15,214 nucleotides of DNA. Origin: a virus (lineage: Duplodnaviria; Heunggongvirae; Uroviricota; Caudoviricetes). Made by a program: the position numbers and the translations under genes. Location of the stretch: the IMG/VR virus record IMGVR_UViG_3300001688_000696. One strand, given 5' to 3'. Under the pieces are notes generated by a model that was not told where the DNA came from, searched no databases, and was given only the letters and a program-made list of their open reading frames with translations. Shown here piece after piece: positions 8,312-12,327 of this stretch. The stretch's first letter is position 1; each line of letters begins with the position of its first letter.

Positions 8312-8329
8312 ACCGCTTACGCAGAAACC

Positions 8330-8372
8330 TTGCTAATTAACGAGCTGATTATTATAATCAGCTCGTTAATTA
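8330..8372 (+). promoter_or_regulatory. Promoter overlapped by a 39-bp palindrome (candidate operator)
   Basis: TTGCTA(8330)-N17-TATAAT(8353). Perfect 19-bp arms at 8334-8352 and 8354-8372 around a single T. Confidence 0.65.
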
Positions 8373-8396
8373 CGTTATTTAGGAAGGAGAACGAGC

Positions 8397-9890
8397 GTGG
8401 ACATCTTCGTTGGACGCAAAAGAGAACTGGAAACCCTGGATGAACTCTGGCGAAGTCCGAAGGCTGAATTTCTGGTGCTATACGGCCGGCGGCGGGTAGG
8501 GAAAACCCGCTTGCTGACGCACTGGTTTCAGAACAAAAAGGAACCCGTGCGGGTAATCTATTGGGCTGCTGACCAGGACAATAAAGAGTCGCATCTCCGC
8601 CAGTTTTCAGCCGAAATTTTCAAGTGTGCTTTCCCACGAGCTTCCATCCCGGCGAGCTTTTCCTACGCCGATTGGAACGAAATATGGGAACAGCTTGGCG
8701 AGATGGCAAAAAATGAACGGCTGGTGGTGATTATTGATGAGTTTCCTTACGTGCTGGCTTCTAACCCGGTTGTCGCCAGCCAGCTACAGCGGGCATGGGA
8801 TAGGGTTTTGGAGAAAACCCACATCATGCTGTGCCTGTCCGGTTCGCATCTCGGCATGATGCAGAAGGAATTTATCGACAGCAAAGCACCGCTGTACGGC
8901 CGGGCGACTCGAATAATGAAGCTGGCACAGCTTCCATTTGGCATTACGAAGCAGTATTTCCCGAACTATTCAGCCGAGGAGCGGGTGCGCCTGTATTCGG
9001 TTTTTGGCGGCGTTCCTCATTACTGGAAACAGATTGACCAGTCTATCGCTGTGATAGAAAATGTTGACCGGCTGGTGCTGTCGGGTGGGCTGTTGCAAAA
9101 CGAAGCCATCACCATGCTGCATGAGTCTGTGAAAGAACCTCAAAACTATGTGTCTATCCTGAAGGCGATTGCCACCGGGAACAGGACGCCAAAGGAAATC
9201 GAATCCCATACAGGCATCCGGGTGCAGCACCTTACGCAGTACCTTAGCAATCTCAATGGCCTCGGCTTCGTGACGCGCCGGGTGCCGGTGACAGGTACGG
9301 CGACCTCCCGGCTGGGGCGCTATGCGATTACCGACCCGTTTTTGCGGTTTTACTTCCGCTTTGTGGCTTCACGACTGTCACAAATCGAGTTAGGGCAGAC
9401 GTTGCAGGTCTCCGAAGAACTGCGCAGGCATTGGGTAGATTTCATCGGTACGCATACATGGGAAGAACTTAGTCAGGAATGGTTGATTCGTGCCAGCAAC
9501 CAATCTGCCATCCCAGTTTTCCCGGACGAAATCGGTGGCACGTGGACAAATGATGCGCAGGTGGATGTGGCTGGCATCAATTACATGACGAAAGAAATCG
9601 TGCTAGGGGAGTGCAAGTGGACGCTGCAACGCGAAAAAGCCAATGTACTGGAAAGTCTCGTGGAAGGGAAAACCGCTCGTGTTCTGCCAAAACAAGGCAC
9701 TTGGAAAGTCTTTTATCTCGGTTTTTCTAAAGAGGGCTGGAACGAGAACGCTCAGGCTTATGCCGAGCGGCTAAACGCTGAAGTCCAGAAAAAGAACGGC
9801 GGGCGGTTTAGTGAGTTCCCGTGGAAAATTGTAGGGATGCGCCTGCTGTCATTGGCTGACGTGGATAGGGATTTGGCACTCTGGTCGTGA
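8397..9890 (+). CDS. Archaeal-type ATPase (ATPase_2/STAND-like) with wHTH, DUF234 and a PD-(D/E)XK-like C-terminus
   Basis: Walker A GRRRVGKT (aa 30-37), Walker B VIIDEFPY, LCLSGS sensor, YAITDPFLRFYFRFV (DUF234-like), VDVAG...LGECKW. GTG start after AGGAAGGAG. Confidence 0.88.
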   Translation: MDIFVGRKRELETLDELWRSPKAEFLVLYGRRRVGKTRLLTHWFQNKKEPVRVIYWAADQDNKESHLRQFSAEIFKCAFPRASIPASFSYADWNEIWEQLGEMAKNERLVVIIDEFPYVLASNPVVASQLQRAWDRVLEKTHIMLCLSGSHLGMMQKEFIDSKAPLYGRATRIMKLAQLPFGITKQYFPNYSAEERVRLYSVFGGVPHYWKQIDQSIAVIENVDRLVLSGGLLQNEAITMLHESVKEPQNYVSILKAIATGNRTPKEIESHTGIRVQHLTQYLSNLNGLGFVTRRVPVTGTATSRLGRYAITDPFLRFYFRFVASRLSQIELGQTLQVSEELRRHWVDFIGTHTWEELSQEWLIRASNQSAIPVFPDEIGGTWTNDAQVDVAGINYMTKEIVLGECKWTLQREKANVLESLVEGKTARVLPKQGTWKVFYLGFSKEGWNENAQAYAERLNAEVQKKNGGRFSEFPWKIVGMRLLSLADVDRDLALWS

Positions 9891-9950
9891 GCGATTGCAA
9901 AAATGCAGGAATTTGTCCCGACGAATTTTCAAAAAAGTGGCTTTGGCCTA

Positions 9951-9986
9951 TTGACAAATTATTCCAATAGTGATATAATATTTATA
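9951..9986 (+). promoter_or_regulatory. sigma70-type promoter of the tRNA operon
   Basis: Perfect TTGACA-N17-TATAAT followed by ATTTATA. Confidence 0.85.
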
Positions 9987-10018
9987 CTAAACGAAACTGC
10001 GAACGAGGATTTGTAACG

Positions 10019-10111
10019 ATGACGACCAGAACCACTACCATGACCAAAACGACAAAGCGAATGATAAAACATTCGTCTGCCGTTACGCGTCTTGGGGTTC
10101 TGGCAATGTAA
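10019..10111 (+). CDS. Attenuator leader peptide (30 aa, MTTRTTTMTKTTKRMIKHSSAVTRLGVLAM)
   Basis: GAGGA RBS at 10005-10009. Eight Thr in the first 12 codons. Lies between the promoter and a terminator that precedes the tRNA array. Below the ORF-track size cutoff. Confidence 0.75.
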   Translation: MTTRTTTMTKTTKRMIKHSSAVTRLGVLAM

Positions 10112-10154
10112 TCTAATCCAACCAACTAGCAAATTCCCGAAACCGTATCGGCAG
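10077..10154 (+). promoter_or_regulatory. Antiterminator helix
   Basis: CTGCCGTTACG (10077-10087) pairs 10/11 with CGTATCGGCAG (10144-10154), which includes most of the terminator's left arm. Confidence 0.65.
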
Positions 10155-10186
10155 CTCCCCTGAACTCCGATACGGTTTTTCTTTTC
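10140..10186 (+). terminator. Attenuator intrinsic terminator
   Basis: AAACCGTATCGG/CCGATACGGTTT 12-bp stem, then TTCTTTTC, located between the promoter and the first tRNA. Confidence 0.85.
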
Positions 10187-10217
10187 TGCACCTTAATAAC
10201 CGAATATGCCACCCCAC

Positions 10218-10289
10218 GCCGGTATAGTTCAACCAGCAGAACGGCTGATTCGTAATCAGCAGGTGAGGGTGCAAGTCCCTCTATCGGCT
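10218..10289 (+). tRNA. tRNA-Thr(CGT)
   Basis: Acceptor GCCGGTA/TATCGGC; anticodon arm GCTGA-TTCGTAA-TCAGC; T-arm GAGGG-TGCAAGT-CCCTC (non-canonical loop); no CCA. Confidence 0.85.
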
Positions 10290-10291
10290 TT

Positions 10292-10368
10292 GGCTGTGGC
10301 ACAAAATGCTGATGGAAAATGCCGTGCGGCATTGGCATGGCAATCCGTATCCAACATTCTCCGCAGCT
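10292..10368 (+). ncRNA. Unidentified structured RNA or degenerate tRNA
   Basis: tRNA-sized spacer closed by GGCTGTGG/CCGCAGCT with an internal AATGCC-GTGC-GGCATT hairpin; no T-loop or anticodon arm recognisable. Confidence 0.3.
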
Positions 10369-10389
10369 TGCGTGTTACAGCTTATCTCC

Positions 10390-10462
10390 GGGCGGTTAGC
10401 TCAATTGGTAGAGCAGCGGACTTTTAATCCGAAGGCTGAGGATTCGAGTTCCTCACCGCCCA
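10390..10462 (+). tRNA. tRNA-Lys(TTT)
   Basis: GGGCGGT/ACCGCCC acceptor; loop CTTTTAA; GTTCGAG-like T-loop. Confidence 0.93.
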
Positions 10463-10468
10463 CCTTAT

Positions 10469-10541
10469 CCCGCCATAGCTCAATTGGTAGAGCGACGGAC
10501 TCTTAATCCGGAGGCTTCAGGTTCAAGTCCTGATGGCGGGA
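10469..10541 (+). tRNA. tRNA-Lys(CTT)
   Basis: CCCGCCA/TGGCGGG acceptor; loop CTCTTAA; GGTTCAAGTCC. Confidence 0.93.
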
Positions 10542-10552
10542 CTCCCCAACTT

Positions 10553-10623
10553 GGGTGGGTAGTCTAAAGGTAAAACAGCGGTTTCATAAGCCGCATTTGT
10601 GAGTTCGAGCCTCACCCCACCTA
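10553..10623 (+). tRNA. tRNA-Met(CAT), probably elongator
   Basis: GGGTGGG/CCCACCT acceptor; GCGGT-TTCATAA-GCCGC; GTGAG-TTCGAGC-CTCAC. Lacks the C1:A72 mismatch and triple G-C anticodon stem of fMet. Confidence 0.8.
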
Positions 10624-10634
10624 CTATTTCTTGT

Positions 10635-10706
10635 GCCTCTGTAGGTTAGCAGGAAAACCGCTTTCGTGGTAGGAAAGAATCGTGGGTTCGAGTCCCACCG
10701 GAGGCT
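10635..10706 (+). tRNA. tRNA-Thr(GGT)
   Basis: GCCTCTG/CGGAGGC acceptor; CTTTC-GTGGTAG-GAAAG; GTGGG-TTCGAGT-CCCAC. Confidence 0.85.
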
Positions 10707-10712
10707 CTGCAT

Positions 10713-10785
10713 GGATGCGTAGCTCAGTGGTTAGAGCGAGCGGCTCATAACCGTCTGGTCGGTGGTTCGAGTCCACCCGCATCCA
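10713..10785 (+). tRNA. tRNA with CAT anticodon, probably Ile2 (lysidine, reads AUA)
   Basis: GGATGCG/CGCATCC acceptor. The AGCTCAGTGGTTAGAGC...CGGCTCATAACCGTC.GGTCG body resembles bacterial tRNA-Ile2 as I recall it; Met identity is not excluded. Confidence 0.85.
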
Positions 10786-10789
10786 CAAT

Positions 10790-10900
10790 GCTGACACAGC
10801 AGGCAGAAATGCTTAAATGTTTGTTTCGTGCAGGATGTGCGCAGTGGGGCTGGTGTGGGTGTCAGCCGCCCGATTGCGGGTTCGACCCCCGCCCCACACG
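10790..10900 (+). ncRNA. Unidentified RNA with a tRNA-like T-arm and acceptor-like helix
   Basis: GCGGG-TTCGACC-CCCGC T-arm; GTGTGGG(10853)/CCCACAC(10893) helix; GCTGACAC(10790)/GTGTCAGC(10859) helix; AGGCA-GAAA-TGCTT hairpin. No normal D or anticodon arm. Confidence 0.45.
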
Positions 10901-10905
10901 AATAT

Positions 10906-10977
10906 GCCGCTGTAGTTTAATCAGCAGAACGCTCGGCTTGTACCCGAGGGGTGCGGATGCAAGTTCCGCCAGCGGCT
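10906..10977 (+). tRNA. tRNA-Thr(TGT)
   Basis: GCCGCTG/CAGCGGC acceptor; CTCGG-CTTGTAC-CCGAG; GCGGA-TGCAAGT-TCCGC (non-canonical loop). Confidence 0.85.
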
Positions 10978-10982
10978 CTTTT

Positions 10983-11054
10983 GCCCCTATATTTTAATGG
11001 ATAGAAAAACGGTCTTCTAAACCGGGAGTCCTCGTTCGAATCGAGGTGGGGGCA
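10983..11054 (+). tRNA. tRNA-Arg(TCT)
   Basis: GCCCCTA/TGGGGGC acceptor; loop CTTCTAA; CCTCG-TTCGAAT-CGAGG. Confidence 0.88.
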
Positions 11055-11120
11055 CCTTCTTCCAATCCTTTTGCCGAAACGAATTGCACTTAGCAATCAC
11101 AGGTCGCAGCAAAAGGAAAA

Positions 11121-11273
11121 ATGGAAGAAAATTTGCGAGAGGAGGCAATTCGCGAATACCTGCGAGAAAACTTGCGGGTGTCAGCGTCGTTAGACGCCGG
11201 TAGGGAATCAGAAAGCAGTCTCTACCTGTACGTCAATGTCTCCGTTAAGTTGGAAGACGAGGTCATTTTTTGA
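11121..11273 (+). CDS. Small hypothetical protein (50 aa) inside the tRNA array
   Basis: AAAAGGA RBS; MEENLREEAIREYLRENLRVSASLDAGRESESSLYLYVNVSVKLEDEVIF*; fills a gap between tRNAs. Not in the ORF track. Confidence 0.6.
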   Translation: MEENLREEAIREYLRENLRVSASLDAGRESESSLYLYVNVSVKLEDEVIF

Positions 11274-11348
11274 CACAACGGATTACATCAGTGTCTAAAA
11301 AACTGTCCGGCGAGTACCTCGGCTTACCGGACAGCCGTCCAACCTTTT

Positions 11349-11423
11349 GCCCCCATAGTTTAATGGATAAAACGGCTGGCTTCGAACCAGCGAATCCGGG
11401 TTCGACTCCTGGTGGGGGTGCCA
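11349..11423 (+). tRNA. tRNA-Arg(TCG)
   Basis: GCCCCCA/TGGGGGT acceptor; GCTGG-CTTCGAA-CCAGC; the only tRNA here with an encoded CCA. Confidence 0.92.
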
Positions 11424-11439
11424 TATTCGGTTATGATTT

Positions 11440-11512
11440 GCTCTGGTCGTCTAAATGGATAAGACGCCTTTCTCCTAAAAAGGAAATCCGGGTTCAAGTC
11501 CCGGCCGGAGCT
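11440..11512 (+). tRNA. tRNA-Arg(CCT)
   Basis: GCTCTGG/CCGGAGC acceptor; CCTTT-CTCCTAA-AAAGG; CCGGG-TTCAAGT-CCCGG. Confidence 0.9.
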
Positions 11513-11545
11513 TCGGTTTTGTGGAGTTATATTCAGGGAGAGAAT

Positions 11546-11983
11546 ATGATTGACTACGAGTTTACCGTTGACCGGCGAACTAACAAGGTCAATGTATTGA
11601 ATGTGGACGAGGGAGATTACACACTTGTCCATGATGCAGAAGCGTACCAGCTCTGGAAGCGAGCTGGCAGCCATTATTACACTGGTCAGGGGAAGCCGTT
11701 TTTATATGCTAATTATTCCAATCTTCCCGGCCCCGCATCTTATTCCATTCATAACCAAAAACCTATTGCGAGATTGTTTATGACCAACACACCTGCCGAA
11801 ATTCATCCTGCCAACTCGCTTGTTGTCCAAAATGCAACCGGCCCGAGCGCCAATGATTACGAGGTTATCCGCCGTTTTCTGGTTGACTGGCACGCCTGCA
11901 AAAGCTGGCAGCAATTTGCCAACGAACAAAGAATGGGGATTGCGAAGGGATTGTCAAACTGGTTGCCAAGCATTTCTGCCTGA
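11546..11983 (+). CDS. Hypothetical protein (145 aa), last gene of the tRNA operon
   Basis: ATG 11546 after AGGGAGAG; the ORF-track extension to 11270 runs through two tRNAs. Confidence 0.7.
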   Translation: MIDYEFTVDRRTNKVNVLNVDEGDYTLVHDAEAYQLWKRAGSHYYTGQGKPFLYANYSNLPGPASYSIHNQKPIARLFMTNTPAEIHPANSLVVQNATGPSANDYEVIRRFLVDWHACKSWQQFANEQRMGIAKGLSNWLPSISA

Positions 11984-12066
11984 AATTGCGCTTTGACTAC
12001 ATTTTAGCATTTTTTGTAGCATTTCTGCCTGAAATTGCGCTTTGACTACATTTTAGCATTTTTTGT
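11969..12066. repeat. Perfect 49-bp tandem duplication
   Basis: AGCATTTCTGCCTGAAATTGCGCTTTGACTACATTTTAGCATTTTTTGT at 11969-12017 and 12018-12066. Confidence 0.95.
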
Positions 12067-12128
12067 CACTTCAAAACCAGCAAGATATTTGTCATGTGGA
12101 AATAGTATAATTATCATAAAAAAGGCTC

Positions 12129-12164
12129 TTGACAATAAATAGGTTATTTGCTATAATATATATA
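12129..12164 (+). promoter_or_regulatory. sigma70-type promoter with TATA extension
   Basis: Perfect TTGACA-N17-TATAAT-ATATATA. Confidence 0.85.
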
Positions 12165-12165
12165 A

Positions 12166-12229
12166 TTCGGCTATAACGAGCCTTCCTTCTACTATCCAAT
12201 TGATAATTTTAGGCTCCTTACTTTCCGAA
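12166..12229 (+). ncRNA. Structured RNA unit 1 (GGCTA...TCCTTCT...TTTCC motif)
   Basis: TTCGG/CCGAA outer stem, GAGCCT/AGGCTC inner stem, TCCTTCT, TATC-CAATT-GATA hairpin. Confidence 0.55.
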
Positions 12230-12233
12230 GAAC

Positions 12234-12305
12234 ATGGCTACGGCGGGGCTTCCTTCTCAAGACATCTTTTTGAAAAAGATATAAGTTAGCTCCGCCAATT
12301 TCCAT
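12234..12305 (+). ncRNA. Structured RNA unit 2 (same architecture as unit 1)
   Basis: ATGG/CCAT outer stem, GGCGGGGCT/AGCTCCGCC inner stem, TCCTTCT, ATCTTTT/AAAAGAT hairpin. Confidence 0.55.
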
Positions 12306-12327
12306 TAATGCGCAGAAAAGGGGAAAA

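Noticed and set aside
8334-8372. Protelomerase (telRL-like) target site
   Set aside because: No protelomerase gene in the window, and the exact overlap with a promoter is explained more simply by an operator; not formally excluded.
10553-10623. Initiator tRNA-fMet
   Set aside because: Has G1:U72 rather than C1:A72 and lacks three consecutive G-C pairs in the anticodon stem.
10790-10900. tmRNA or tRNA-Sec
   Set aside because: Far too short for tmRNA, with no tag reading frame; no TCA anticodon arm or long variable arm.
10126-10997. ORF-track calls 10126-10338, 10206-10427, 10306-10506 and 10788-10997
   Set aside because: They overlap clear tRNA cloverleaves, the terminator or structured RNA, and show no convincing RBS.
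11270-11545. N-terminal 92 codons of ORF 11270-11983
   Set aside because: They run through tRNA-Arg(TCG) and tRNA-Arg(CCT); a good RBS precedes ATG 11546.
11969-12066. Possible mini-CRISPR or att-site repeat
   Set aside because: The two copies abut with no spacer, and there is no cas or integrase gene in the window.
12089-12118. Extra promoter TTGTCA...TATAAT-TATCATA
   Set aside because: The spacer is only 11 nt; no properly spaced -35 on either strand.
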